Assembly: GCA_964612895.1 (NCBI GenBank)
Contig: CAZTFL010000001.1
Location: 177,469-241,468, forward strand
DNA from: Candidatus Woesearchaeota archaeon
GTDB lineage: Archaea > Nanobdellota > Nanobdellia > Pacearchaeales > GW2011-AR1
Reading direction: 5' to 3'
DNA: 64,000 bases
The translations under genes were made by a program, and so were the position numbers. Positions within the stretch are counted from its first letter, which is position 1. Each line of letters begins with the position of its first letter. The notes under the pieces were generated by a model, which saw only the letters and a list, made by a program, of their open reading frames with translations, was not told the origin of the DNA and searched no databases. Shown here one piece after another: positions 29,889-40,779 of this stretch.

Positions 29889-30448
29889 ATCTGTGGTAAA
29901 GGCCTAGGTTTATCACTAAATTGCATTGATTCAGGAGCATTATTCATTTGATTTGAATTTTGTTGAATATTATTTTGTTGTTTTAATTGATTTAAATTAT
30001 TAGAATTAATTTTATCTGGTTGTTTTGTAATTTTATTTTGTTCATAATTATTCGGATTTGCAGATTGTGGAGGAAATTTCATCTGTCTCTTAAATTGATC
30101 TTCCATTAAAACAAGTCCCTTAGCAATTGTTTTATTTTGTTCTAATAAAGAATCTATTTTATTTACAACATGTCCATCTATTTGTTTTTCACTTTTAGCA
30201 AGATTTTTTGCAGATTCTTCAAAAATAATTAATAATTTTGAGATATTTTGAGATAATTCACTAAATTTTATAGATAAATTAGTCATAGCATTTTGTAAAT
30301 TAACAAAATTTTCTATAAACACTTTTTCATTATAAACAATTCCTTTAACTGGTTTATTATTAGAAGAAACATTATTAATATTCTTTTTTACATCCGAAAG
30401 TGTTTTTTTATTTTTAGAATTGCTAATTTTTCCCTCTTTTTTTACCAT
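29885..30448 (-). CDS. Hypothetical coiled-coil protein
   Basis: ENFVNLQ..LL.IFEE.AK..QNKTIAKGL; Q/N-rich tail; ATGA overlap with the next gene. Confidence 0.65.
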   Translation of the reverse strand: MVKKEGKISNSKNKKTLSDVKKNINNVSSNNKPVKGIVYNEKVFIENFVNLQNAMTNLSIKFSELSQNISKLLIIFEESAKNLAKSEKQIDGHVVNKIDSLLEQNKTIAKGLVLMEDQFKRQMKFPPQSANPNNYEQNKITKQPDKINSNNLNQLKQQNNIQQNSNQMNNAPESMQFSDKPRPLPQI

Positions 30449-30562
30449 ATAAAAGTAAGAATTTTATACTTTATAAACTTTCTTTGAATCAATATTAAAT
30501 TGTCTAATTGACGTTAGTTATAGATAAATAAAAATTTTAATTACAAAAAATTATCTTTAAGT

Positions 30563-31354
30563 TTATAATGGCTTATTGTTATTAACTATTAGATTTAAAT
30601 GATGTTTTGAAATTAAAACTTTCATGCTTTCTGTGTTATTAAATGGATAAACTACGCAACCATCAATAGCAATACAACCACCATAATTTCTTTTAGATAA
30701 AACTGAAAAATTATCAAAATCTATTTCTCCTTTGAAAATACTAGGTTTAAATAATTTTCCAAAGAATGGTTCCCTAATTATAAATTTTATTTTTTCGTCA
30801 TAATAATTGAATTTTTCTCCTCCTGCCGAAGAGTACCAAGCAGTACTTCCATTTCCAGTTGATATTAAAATTCCTGAGCTTCTTTGTTCTTCCATTTTTC
30901 CATTATAATTTATAATATACCTAGAAGTATGAAATTGATTTTCACATCCAACATAGACTTCATTTAAAAATAATTCTTCTACTTCCTTTCCGTTTAGTAT
31001 GATTCCTCCACGAACAATTTTCTTTATTTTATAATTTCCGTTGAAAATATCTTCAATGTAATCAAGATCATCACATAGCATAGCTCCTTCGCTACTTTTT
31101 ATGTCTGAATTTATAGCTAAAATTAAATTATCTTTAATAAAATGCGAAACTCTTATTAAAACCCCATCTCCTCCAATTGTTATTATTAAATCTCTTTCAA
31201 TAAAAAAATTTTTTGAGATATCGGAATAATAAATCCAAGAATATTTAATATTATTTTTATCTAAAAATGATTTTAATTTAGACACAGATTTTATATGTTC
31301 ATCACTATTTTTAATACTTTCAATAATTAAAACATTTTTAAATTTCATGAACAT
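30563..31354 (-). CDS. nadK: NAD kinase
   Basis: IGGDG, LNE, GILISTGNGSTAW. Confidence 0.9.
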   Translation of the reverse strand: MFMKFKNVLIIESIKNSDEHIKSVSKLKSFLDKNNIKYSWIYYSDISKNFFIERDLIITIGGDGVLIRVSHFIKDNLILAINSDIKSSEGAMLCDDLDYIEDIFNGNYKIKKIVRGGIILNGKEVEELFLNEVYVGCENQFHTSRYIINYNGKMEEQRSSGILISTGNGSTAWYSSAGGEKFNYYDEKIKFIIREPFFGKLFKPSIFKGEIDFDNFSVLSKRNYGGCIAIDGCVVYPFNNTESMKVLISKHHLNLIVNNNKPL

Positions 31355-31381
31355 ACTTATAATTAATTTATATTATGGAAA

Positions 31382-31453
31382 CGGGCTCGGGAAGATTCGA
31401 ACTCCCATCAACAGGGCCGAAACCTGGTATTCTATCCTTTGAACTACGAACCC
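31382..31453 (-). tRNA. tRNA-Arg(TCG), no intron, CCA not encoded
   Basis: GGGTTCG/CGAGCCC acceptor stem, TAGTTCAAAGGATAGAA D arm, CAGG-TTTCGGC-CCTG anticodon arm, GGGAG-TTCGAAT-CTTCC T arm. Confidence 0.92.
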
Positions 31454-31605
31454 ATATTTAGTATAATCAAAAACACTTTATAAAAATGATGGATTACAAT
31501 TTATTTTTTATTTTATGAATTGTTTATAATAGTTATAACTTAGGAATTACAGAAATAGTGATAGTAACTATTTTAAATATATTTTGTCGTTTCTTAATAT
31601 CCTAA

Positions 31606-34413
31606 ATGGCAGATAAAATTGAAATTCTAGGAGCAAGAGAACATAATCTGAAAAATATAGACTTGTCTCTACCAAAAAATAAATTGATTGTTTTTACTGG
31701 ACTTTCTGGTTCTGGAAAGTCAACTTTAGCATTTGATACACTTTATGCTGAAGGTCAAAGAAGATATGTTGAAAGTTTGAGTGCTTATGCAAGACAATTT
31801 TTGGGAATGATGAACAAACCAGATGTTGATTCTATAGAAGGATTAAGCCCTGCAATATCAATAGAACAAAAAACTACTTCTAAAAATCCTCGTTCAACAG
31901 TTGGGACAGTCACTGAAATTTATGATTATTTAAGATTACTATTTGCTCGTATAGGAATTCCGTACTGCCCAGAACATAATATTCCAATAAATTCTCAAAC
32001 ACCAAATGAAATTATACAAAAAATTGATAAAAAATATAAAAAAAATATTACGATATTAGCTCCTATAATCAGACATAAAAAAGGGAGTTATGAACAATTA
32101 TTCAAAGATTTAAATAAAGCTGGATATATAAGAGTAAGAGTAAATGGAGAAATTTTAAGAACTGATGAACAAATAACTTTAACAAGATATAAACAACATG
32201 ATATAGAAGTAATTATAGATAGAATAGATATTAATGATAAAGTTAGATTATCGGAATCTATTGAAAATGCTTCTTTGATGAGTGAAGGGTTAGTTATAAT
32301 TAATGGTGATGAGGGAGAAGATATGTTTTCAACAAAAATGGCATGTCCTATATGTGGAACATATTTTGAAGAATTACAACCAAGAATGTTTAGTTTTAAT
32401 TCACCATTCGGGGCTTGTGAGGGATGTAATGGATTAGGTGTAAAAATTAATTTTGATTCAGAAATGATAATTCCAGATAAAACGAAATCAGTAATTGATG
32501 GAGCAATAAAAGTTTATGGAAGAATGGAAAAAACTTGGAGAATGCAACAATTACAAATTATTGGAAAACATTGTGGTTTTGATTTATTTACTCCAATAGA
32601 AAAATTTTCAGAAGATGCTTACAAAAAATTAATGTACGGATGCAAAGAATCAATAAAAGGTTATTGGGAAAATGGAGCAATGATGAATTTTAAAGAAGGA
32701 TGGGAAGGACTAATCCCGCAACAAGAAAGATTATATAAAGAAACAACATCCGATTATAGAAAAAAAGAATTAGAAAAATTCATGAGTTCTTCAGAATGTA
32801 ATGTTTGTCATGGAAATAGATTAAAAGAAAAAATTTTGAATGTAAAAATAAATAATAAAAATATTATTGAACTAACAAATATGTCAATAAAAGATTCTAT
32901 AATATTTTTTAAAAATTTAAAATTAAATAATAAAGAAGAGTTAATTGCAAAACAAATTCTTAAAGAAATAAATGATAGATTAACTTTCTTACAAAATGTA
33001 GGGTTGGGATATTTAAATTTATCAAGAAATGCCGGAACGCTCTCTGGAGGAGAATCTCAAAGAATTCGTTTAGCAACGCAAATCGGTTCTAATTTATCTG
33101 GAGTTTTATATGTTTTAGATGAACCTTCTATTGGATTACATCAAAGAGATAATCATAGATTAATAGAAACATTACATAAATTAAGAGATTTAGATAATAC
33201 ACTTATTGTAGTTGAACACGATGAAGATACAATAAAAAATGCAGATTATGTAGTTGATATTGGTCCAGGTGCTGGTATTCATGGAGGAACAATTGTTGCT
33301 CAAGGGACTCCAGAAGAAATATCAAAATGTGAGAAGTCACTAACTGGGAAGTATTTATCTGGAAAAGAATTTGTTAGTATTCCTAGAATTAGAAGAAAAG
33401 GAGGACTTCCTATAAAAATAATAGGATGTCAGGAACATAACTTGAAAAATATTGATATTTCTATTCCTACAAAATGTCTAACATTAGTTACAGGAGTATC
33501 TGGATCTGGAAAATCAACTTTGGTTAATGAAATTTTATATAAAGGTTTATCAAAAAAAATATATAATTCTAAAGATCAACCAGGGAAACATAAAGAAATT
33601 ATAGTAGAAGATTCTCAGATAGATAAAGTAATTGTAATAGATCAATCTCCAATCGGGAAAACGCCAAGAAGTAATCCAGCAACTTATATAGGAGTTTTTG
33701 ATGAAATACGAATGTTATTTTCTATGACAAAAGAAGCAAGAAATAGAGGATATAAACAGGGAAGATTTAGTTTTAATGTAAAAGGTGGAAGATGTGAGAA
33801 ATGTAACGGAGACGGAACTATAAAAATAGAAATGAACTTTCTGCCTGATGTTTATATTGAATGTGAAGAATGTCATGGAAGAAGATATAATAAAGAAACT
33901 TTAAATATAAAGTATAAAGGATTTAATATTGCAGAAATTTTAGAAATGAGTGTTGATGAATCTGTAAAAATATTTGAAAATATTCCTGGTATTTTCAGAA
34001 AATTACAAACTTTGCAAGCTGTAGGATTGGGATATATAAAATTAGGACAAAGTTCAACAACACTTTCTGGAGGAGAATCTCAGAGAATTAAATTAACAAA
34101 AGAATTAGCAAAAAGATCTACTGGAAAGACTCTTTATTTATTAGATGAACCAACAACTGGACTACATCCTCATGATATAAAAAAATTATTATCTGTTATG
34201 AATGAATTAGTAAAAGTAGGAAATACAATGGTTGTTATAGAACATAATTTAGATGTAATAAAATGTGCAGATTGGATAATAGATCTTGGACCAGAAGGTG
34301 GAGAAGAAGGGGGAAATATTGTATTTCAAGGAACACCTGAAGATATCATAAAATGTGAAGAAAGTTGGACAGGAAAATATTTAAAAAGTGAATTTGAGAA
34401 AGAAAAAAAATGA
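31606..34413 (+). CDS. uvrA: Excinuclease ABC subunit A
   Basis: GAREHNLKN, two GxSGSGKS, two LSGGE signatures, Zn fingers. Confidence 0.98.
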   Translation: MADKIEILGAREHNLKNIDLSLPKNKLIVFTGLSGSGKSTLAFDTLYAEGQRRYVESLSAYARQFLGMMNKPDVDSIEGLSPAISIEQKTTSKNPRSTVGTVTEIYDYLRLLFARIGIPYCPEHNIPINSQTPNEIIQKIDKKYKKNITILAPIIRHKKGSYEQLFKDLNKAGYIRVRVNGEILRTDEQITLTRYKQHDIEVIIDRIDINDKVRLSESIENASLMSEGLVIINGDEGEDMFSTKMACPICGTYFEELQPRMFSFNSPFGACEGCNGLGVKINFDSEMIIPDKTKSVIDGAIKVYGRMEKTWRMQQLQIIGKHCGFDLFTPIEKFSEDAYKKLMYGCKESIKGYWENGAMMNFKEGWEGLIPQQERLYKETTSDYRKKELEKFMSSSECNVCHGNRLKEKILNVKINNKNIIELTNMSIKDSIIFFKNLKLNNKEELIAKQILKEINDRLTFLQNVGLGYLNLSRNAGTLSGGESQRIRLATQIGSNLSGVLYVLDEPSIGLHQRDNHRLIETLHKLRDLDNTLIVVEHDEDTIKNADYVVDIGPGAGIHGGTIVAQGTPEEISKCEKSLTGKYLSGKEFVSIPRIRRKGGLPIKIIGCQEHNLKNIDISIPTKCLTLVTGVSGSGKSTLVNEILYKGLSKKIYNSKDQPGKHKEIIVEDSQIDKVIVIDQSPIGKTPRSNPATYIGVFDEIRMLFSMTKEARNRGYKQGRFSFNVKGGRCEKCNGDGTIKIEMNFLPDVYIECEECHGRRYNKETLNIKYKGFNIAEILEMSVDESVKIFENIPGIFRKLQTLQAVGLGYIKLGQSSTTLSGGESQRIKLTKELAKRSTGKTLYLLDEPTTGLHPHDIKKLLSVMNELVKVGNTMVVIEHNLDVIKCADWIIDLGPEGGEEGGNIVFQGTPEDIIKCEESWTGKYLKSEFEKEKK

Positions 34414-34452
34414 ATACAAAGATTTTATAAATACATTATGTCAATAAATAAT

Positions 34453-35040
34453 ATGAAAAAAGGTGTATTATTGATATTCTTGTCTATTTTATTCTTTAAT
34501 TTTATTTTAGCTGAGGAAATTTATGATATTAATAATGTTAATCTCTCTAACTTATCTCAGGAAGAAATTCAAGAATTAATGAATGAATATGAGATATCAC
34601 AAAAAGATATTCAAGAATATGTTTCTGAAGAAAATTTACAAATTGAAGATTTTAATTATTCTCAGATTTCTTGTGATGTTATAAAAGATTTTATCAATCC
34701 TGAAATAGTTGGAATAGAAATTCCTGAACAAGTCCCTATTTCAAATGAAATAATTGCATTATATATAGATGAAAAACATATTGGAAATGTAGTTATAGAA
34801 GAAAGTATTATAAAAGAATTTTCTTGTAGTGAAAATGAAAGTACATATAATTTATATGTAACAAAAAAATTCGTTTCTGATGCTTCAAAAATAAAAGATA
34901 TTGAAATCTCAAAAATAATTGATTTTTATAAAGAGAACAAAAAATCTGGTGATATAAAAATAAAAGCTACTGGAATTATTAGAAATATTAAACTATTTGT
35001 ATTAAATATTGGATTATCAATGTCTAAATTGTTTTTTTAA
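34453..35040 (+). CDS. Secreted acidic hypothetical protein
   Basis: MKKGVLLIFL..ILA signal peptide. Confidence 0.65.
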   Translation: MKKGVLLIFLSILFFNFILAEEIYDINNVNLSNLSQEEIQELMNEYEISQKDIQEYVSEENLQIEDFNYSQISCDVIKDFINPEIVGIEIPEQVPISNEIIALYIDEKHIGNVVIEESIIKEFSCSENESTYNLYVTKKFVSDASKIKDIEISKIIDFYKENKKSGDIKIKATGIIRNIKLFVLNIGLSMSKLFF

Positions 35041-35154
35041 AATATACTACATCCTTAATAATTTTTAATATTTATTTCTTAGATTTCTTTATGTAGTTCC
35101 TATGGAATAGTCACAAATGGTAAGGTTTAAAAACCTACTAATTATTATATTCTT

Positions 35155-35427
35155 ATGACAATCAAATACGAGAAACCTAAAGATTATACAAGTGTAATAA
35201 TGACAATAGCTAGTCCATTACAAGGAATTCCTATAATGGATACAAAAACTGGAACTACTGGAAATTTAGAAAGAATAATTGTTCCAAAAATATCCAATAG
35301 TATTCGATCTGCTTTTTTAAATTCAGAAGCAATTGTAATATATAATGGATTTGAGCAAAAAGAACCTCTTACAGAATTAATAAAAAGATATAATATATTC
35401 TGCCCAGATAGATATGTAACATTTTAA
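35155..35427 (+). CDS. Hypothetical protein
   Basis: 90-aa ORF with a TATA-like TTTAAAAA about 25 nt upstream. Confidence 0.55.
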   Translation: MTIKYEKPKDYTSVIMTIASPLQGIPIMDTKTGTTGNLERIIVPKISNSIRSAFLNSEAIVIYNGFEQKEPLTELIKRYNIFCPDRYVTF

Positions 35428-35478
35428 AATACTTTTTTATATATAAATCCTTAAAAAATACATTCTATTTTCTTAGAT

Positions 35479-37203
35479 ATGAAAAAAGAAATACTTGATT
35501 TTATATCTAAATTTGATTTAAATCCATTTAATTCATCTAAAACTTTAATAAAAAAAGAGAAGGAATCTATTTTCAAAACAAATGATGCAAAAAAAATTCA
35601 TACAAAAGTAATCGAAAAATTATCTAATAATTTTATTTTTAAAGAAACATCAAATATATGGAATTTTTTCGATTTTACAGATAATTTTAATGAAATAAAA
35701 GAAAGGCAATCTTTTTTTTTAACGCTTGAAAAAAGAGATAATTCTTTTTTATCAGAAATTAAAAGAAATAAACAAACTTGGTATCCCGAATATGAAATTG
35801 TAGTTGTTACAGAAAATGAAAGTACATTTATAGAATTACAAAAATTAAATTGTGATGTTCAAATAATAATTAATGAAAATGATTTAAGCAATTTAGAAAA
35901 ATATGATGTTATTCAAATTATAGATTGCGAAAATTTTTATTCAATATTAGAAAAATTACCACAAAGTGTATTTATTAATGATATATCAGATATTTATTTA
36001 GAAAGATATCTAGAATTACTATCTTCTTGGAAGAATAATTTTCTTATACTAAATAAAAACTACAATAATAATAGTAGAATAAGAGAAATTTTAGACATAT
36101 TAAATCCACTTTTTAAACTAATTGATTTTAAATTAAATAAAATATTTACCATTGAAGATGTTGAATCAAAAGTTGAAGAGATAAATGAAAAAATAAATGA
36201 AAAAATAAAATATATGACAATTACTGGTGAATCTTTAATAAAAATATTAAATGAAGGAAAAATACCTGACTCATTAAAACAAATCATAGAAGAATTTTTA
36301 GATACTACAAATTTACCACGTAATATATTTAATTTAAAGATACCATTACAAATAGATTATTTAGAATTAGAAAATGAAATAAAAAAAAGAAGTTCAGAGC
36401 AATTTACTAATTTATCTGAAATGATAAAAAGAAATGCTGAAGAATTAAAAAAAATTCCCTATTTATTAAACGAGCTTCAATCATTAATATTATTTGAAGA
36501 TTTCTCATTAGGTGTGTCAAAATTAATATCAGATAGGCATAATTTCCCATATCTCTCTGAAAATTTACATATGGAATCATCCGAAAACTTATTTCTAGAA
36601 CATCCACAACCAATAGATTTTCAACTCGATAAATTTAATAAATGTTCCATTTTAACTGGAGCAAATAGTGGAGGTAAAACTACTTTATTGGAACATATAA
36701 TTCAAAATATTAGTTTATTTCAATTAGGATTACCATTAATAGGGAATGTTCATCTTCCAATTTTTACAGAAATTTATTATTTTGCAAAGAATAAAGGAAG
36801 TCCTAATAAGGGAGCATTTGAAACATTATTAACAGAAATGTCGAAAATAAAACCTGGAGAAAGAACAATTGTATTAGCAGATGAAATAGAATCAGTAACA
36901 GAACCTGGAATAGCAGGAAAAATTATTGCAGCAACTTGTGAATTTTTTATTAAAAAAAATTGTTTTTTAGTAATTGCAACACATTTAGGATATGAAATTC
37001 AGGTATGCCTTCCTCAATTAACAAGAGTTGATGGAATTGAAGCAAAAGGATTAGATGAAAACTTTAATTTAATAGTAAATCATAATCCTGTAATGGGAAG
37101 ATTAGCACATTCAACTCCAGAATTAATTATTGAAAAAATGAGTAAAACATTTAATGAGGAATATTTTAAATTCTTAGATAGTAAAATAAAAAACAATCAA
37201 TAA
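35479..37203 (+). CDS. Archaeal MutS2/MutS5-like ATPase
   Basis: LTGANSGGKTTLLE, GAFE, LADEIESVTEPG, ATHL, RVDGIEA.GLDE. Confidence 0.88.
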   Translation: MKKEILDFISKFDLNPFNSSKTLIKKEKESIFKTNDAKKIHTKVIEKLSNNFIFKETSNIWNFFDFTDNFNEIKERQSFFLTLEKRDNSFLSEIKRNKQTWYPEYEIVVVTENESTFIELQKLNCDVQIIINENDLSNLEKYDVIQIIDCENFYSILEKLPQSVFINDISDIYLERYLELLSSWKNNFLILNKNYNNNSRIREILDILNPLFKLIDFKLNKIFTIEDVESKVEEINEKINEKIKYMTITGESLIKILNEGKIPDSLKQIIEEFLDTTNLPRNIFNLKIPLQIDYLELENEIKKRSSEQFTNLSEMIKRNAEELKKIPYLLNELQSLILFEDFSLGVSKLISDRHNFPYLSENLHMESSENLFLEHPQPIDFQLDKFNKCSILTGANSGGKTTLLEHIIQNISLFQLGLPLIGNVHLPIFTEIYYFAKNKGSPNKGAFETLLTEMSKIKPGERTIVLADEIESVTEPGIAGKIIAATCEFFIKKNCFLVIATHLGYEIQVCLPQLTRVDGIEAKGLDENFNLIVNHNPVMGRLAHSTPELIIEKMSKTFNEEYFKFLDSKIKNNQ

Positions 37204-38114
37204 GTTAATATCTCGGGAGGAACGCTAATCCCAGATTGTGCCAATACTTTTAAAACAGGAATTTTCGTATTACAAATTTTTCCGTCTTTTTCGTATGTAA
37301 CAAAACATTTTGATTTAACTAAAGCTTCTCTTAAACTATTTGAATAATAATCCTCAATTACAACATTCTCTAATTTTCCTAATATTCCAGTTTTCTTACA
37401 TAATTTAACATCTTTACCAACTAAATCAACAAAAATATTTTTTATCAATGATTCATAATTTGTAAAATATTTAATATCCGAAATTCCACTATTTCCAACA
37501 TCTATTCTATTATTCCAAATGTTATAAGAGTCATATATTTCATTTTCGTCTCTTTTGAAAATTAAATTTTGAGCTTCTTTTCCATTCAAAGATAGTCCTC
37601 TAGTATAAGCATAAAAACCGTTTGCCATAATGATATCAAGTTTTTTTTCAGATAATGTATCAAAATTATAGGATAAATCTCCATTCTTTGAATTTCTCAT
37701 ATCTAAAATCAAATCTAAATCTAGTCCATGTAAATCCAATTTTTCTTTTCCAAAATCTCCATAAAAAACTCCAATACTCTTTCCATCTAATTTGAAAGAA
37801 ACTCCAGTATGTTCTTTATAACTTATTATGCTTTTACCTTGATGAAATATAGGAATTCCTGTATAAAAATGATTTAAATAAGAAAATCCTCCTGGTAAAA
37901 TTAAACAATTTGTATTTTTGGACATATTTGAAAATTTTTGAATTAACTCAGAATCTAATAATAATGGAGAATTTTCATTTAATTGATAATGTAACAAGGC
38001 TCCTCCTGGTCCAAAAACTATAGAACCAGAATTTTTTTTTGAAGAATAATCCATTTTTTCAATTAAATCATTACCACCGAAGGAATGGTGATTAATTGCA
38101 ATTACTTTTACCAT
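37197..38114 (-). CDS. Hypothetical protein, possibly a degenerate carbon-nitrogen hydrolase fold
   Basis: Motif spacing IVFGPG / SYKEH / FKLDGKSIGVFYGD. Confidence 0.45.
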   Translation of the reverse strand: MVKVIAINHHSFGGNDLIEKMDYSSKKNSGSIVFGPGGALLHYQLNENSPLLLDSELIQKFSNMSKNTNCLILPGGFSYLNHFYTGIPIFHQGKSIISYKEHTGVSFKLDGKSIGVFYGDFGKEKLDLHGLDLDLILDMRNSKNGDLSYNFDTLSEKKLDIIMANGFYAYTRGLSLNGKEAQNLIFKRDENEIYDSYNIWNNRIDVGNSGISDIKYFTNYESLIKNIFVDLVGKDVKLCKKTGILGKLENVVIEDYYSNSLREALVKSKCFVTYEKDGKICNTKIPVLKVLAQSGISVPPEILTY

Positions 38115-38174
38115 AAAGGTATTGTTATGTAATAGATTTTTAAATTTTTCTATTGTTGTTATTTTTTAGTACTA

Positions 38175-39353
38175 TCATATTATTATTTCTATTCCGTCAC
38201 AATTTTTTAATTTATGTTCTTTCCCTATAACCATTTTTGTTCTAATATCAATCGCTTTTATAAAATTGTTTCCAATATCTGTATGTAAATAATATGCAAA
38301 ATCTAATGCTGTAGATCCGGGAGGTAATAAAAAACAATCTGGAAGAACATTTCCTTTAGAATCTGATAATTTAGAACCTGCTGGAAAAATAGCTATATAT
38401 TTTAGCAAATAAAAAACTACTTTATCTAAAATATCTTGAACACCTGTAGAACCAATAATCTCTAAAACATTCTTTTTTATAGATTCAAGAGCATCTTTTT
38501 GTCTAATATTTACTTTGTCTTCATTAATTGTGAAATTACTTTCTCCTGGAATATAATTTATTAAACCTAATTTTGATGCTTGACGTAAAGAAAGTTCACT
38601 ATCCGCAGAACAAGGAATAATAATCAAATTAGAAAATTCTCTTTTAACATTCTCTAAATTAGATAAAGAACTCTGTTTATCCATTTTATTTGCGGCTATA
38701 ATCATTGGTTTAGTATAATGTCTTAATTCTTTCGCAAAATCAAATAAATCTTTATCAGTCCAATTAATAATTTTACCTGCATCTAATTTTAATTTATTAA
38801 TTACGTATTTAATATCATTTTCATTAACCTTCAATCCAGAAAATTGTTTCGAAATCGCTTTAGCGCTATCCTCTTTGGTTGTCTGTATCGCTTTAGAAAG
38901 TTTTTCCCAAACTTTCTTTAAAATTCCAACATACCATTTATCTAACTCGTTTTCTAACATTTTTATATCTTCTACAGGATTTCCTATCCCTTCTTTTCCT
39001 TCAGAATCAGTAGTCCCCGAAATATCTACTATATGAATAAAAGCATCAGCTTGTCTTAAATCATCCAGAAATTGATTTCCTAATCCTTTTCCTTCGCTTG
39101 CTCCTTCTACTAAACCAGCAACATCCATTAAATCAATAGGAACAAAACGAGTTTCTCCATTACAATAACCTGTTCTAGGATTACACTTAACACCAAGTTC
39201 TTTACATAAAGCTTTTACTCTAACATATCCAACACCATGATTTGGTTTTATAGTCGCAAAAGGATAAGGAGCTATTAATACATCTGCCAATGTCGCAGAT
39301 TTAAAGAAAGTGCTTTTTCCACAAGATGGTTTACCTACTAATCCTATTAACAT
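38175..39353 (-). CDS. ychF: Obg-family ATPase/GTPase YchF (archaeal)
   Basis: GKPSCGKST, YPFATI.PN, DVAGL, NKMD, TGS domain. Confidence 0.93.
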   Translation of the reverse strand: MLIGLVGKPSCGKSTFFKSATLADVLIAPYPFATIKPNHGVGYVRVKALCKELGVKCNPRTGYCNGETRFVPIDLMDVAGLVEGASEGKGLGNQFLDDLRQADAFIHIVDISGTTDSEGKEGIGNPVEDIKMLENELDKWYVGILKKVWEKLSKAIQTTKEDSAKAISKQFSGLKVNENDIKYVINKLKLDAGKIINWTDKDLFDFAKELRHYTKPMIIAANKMDKQSSLSNLENVKREFSNLIIIPCSADSELSLRQASKLGLINYIPGESNFTINEDKVNIRQKDALESIKKNVLEIIGSTGVQDILDKVVFYLLKYIAIFPAGSKLSDSKGNVLPDCFLLPPGSTALDFAYYLHTDIGNNFIKAIDIRTKMVIGKEHKLKNCDGIEIII

Positions 39354-39392
39354 ATATTAGAGAAATTATTTGTATTTTTATTATTTTGGGTA

Positions 39393-40778
39393 TTATAATG
39401 CAAGTAAAAATATTATTTTTATTAAAACAATCAATATTCCACTGCCAATAACAAAAACAACGATTTCTTCCTTAAATGTATCATTAGAAACATTATTGGA
39501 ATTATAATCATAAATTATTTGATTCGAATCACGACTATCTTCAACAGTATTTTCTTTAGTATTTTCTTCAAAAGAACTTTCTTTAAATATAATTAATGGA
39601 TTTTCTTTCGGTGTATTATCTTTTTTATTTGTTTTCTTTATAGAAGGTTCTTCTTTTTCAATAATTTCAACATTTATTAATTTAGAACCACATGTAGAGA
39701 AACTACCAATAAAACCATCAGTACAAGCACTAACGTTAATTGTATAATTTCCAGTAGATAAAAATAAATAATTAAATGTATAATTTCCTGAAGATGTTTT
39801 TATATTATAATTATAAATAGATGTATTATTAAAATCTCTTATATTAAAATTCAAGTTACTATTTCTATTATTCACATTTCCATATTCATCCACATAGAAA
39901 GATTCATGAGCTACAACTAAACTATAATTTTCTTTCAAATAAATTGTTCCATTTGTTGGATAAATGTTCAAATTTGAATAAGAATAATTGTTTAAAGAGT
40001 CAGATATTATTTTTATTGATTTTTTTTCATTCTTCTTAGTAGTTGAAAATAATTGATTATCTACAATTTCTGTTTCTACTTCTACTTCATAATCTCCAAC
40101 ACTAGAAAACAAATAAAAAAATCTCTCATTTGTAACACTTTCTCCATAAGGAATATTGATAAATCTTGATTCTTGATGAATATTTGTTCCATTATATAAA
40201 ACATTAAATTTTAGAGAAACATTTACATCTTCTTTTAATGTTATATTTGTTCTTCTTCTATCAGGAACTAAAACATAAGTAGAATCATCCATTTCAATTT
40301 TTACATCAAAAGTAACATTAGATAATCTTGTATTTGTAGAAACAAAATCAAAACTCTTTATTGGAGCATATCCTCCCTCTCTCTTATATAAATAAATATT
40401 TGCATTTGTGGTTGTTCCAGATGTTCCATTTATAGTAGCATTAATTTCTATTCCAAAAAAATCTTGATGATAGAAATAAAGTAAATATCCATAAACACTT
40501 GACATTGTAGTTGGAAAATTAACAGAGAGTTTTTCTGTATTTGTTACAGAACTTAATGAAGAAATTTTATTTCCAACAATGTTACAAGCTGAATTTAAAC
40601 AAGGATAAACATCCAGTCCTGCACCTAAAACTTTATTTGTAGTAGAAACTTGTGTTCCATTTTCATATTTAATAGCTTCAAAGAAACTAAATTCTACAAC
40701 TCTGTCAGCACAAACAAAGCTAACAAAAGAAAATAAAAATAAAAAAACTACCAATAATTTTAAATTTTTATGTTCCAT
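39393..40778 (-). CDS. Secreted, C-terminally anchored Ig-like surface glycoprotein
   Basis: Signal peptide, many NxS/T sequons, GxY.(I/V) beta motifs, C-terminal TM. Confidence 0.7.
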   Translation of the reverse strand: MEHKNLKLLVVFLFLFSFVSFVCADRVVEFSFFEAIKYENGTQVSTTNKVLGAGLDVYPCLNSACNIVGNKISSLSSVTNTEKLSVNFPTTMSSVYGYLLYFYHQDFFGIEINATINGTSGTTTNANIYLYKREGGYAPIKSFDFVSTNTRLSNVTFDVKIEMDDSTYVLVPDRRRTNITLKEDVNVSLKFNVLYNGTNIHQESRFINIPYGESVTNERFFYLFSSVGDYEVEVETEIVDNQLFSTTKKNEKKSIKIISDSLNNYSYSNLNIYPTNGTIYLKENYSLVVAHESFYVDEYGNVNNRNSNLNFNIRDFNNTSIYNYNIKTSSGNYTFNYLFLSTGNYTINVSACTDGFIGSFSTCGSKLINVEIIEKEEPSIKKTNKKDNTPKENPLIIFKESSFEENTKENTVEDSRDSNQIIYDYNSNNVSNDTFKEEIVVFVIGSGILIVLIKIIFLLAL

Positions 40779-40779
40779 T

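Noticed and set aside
31355..31605. Integrated element at tRNA-Arg
   Set aside because: No integrase, no duplicated tRNA 3' end, and both flanks are housekeeping genes.
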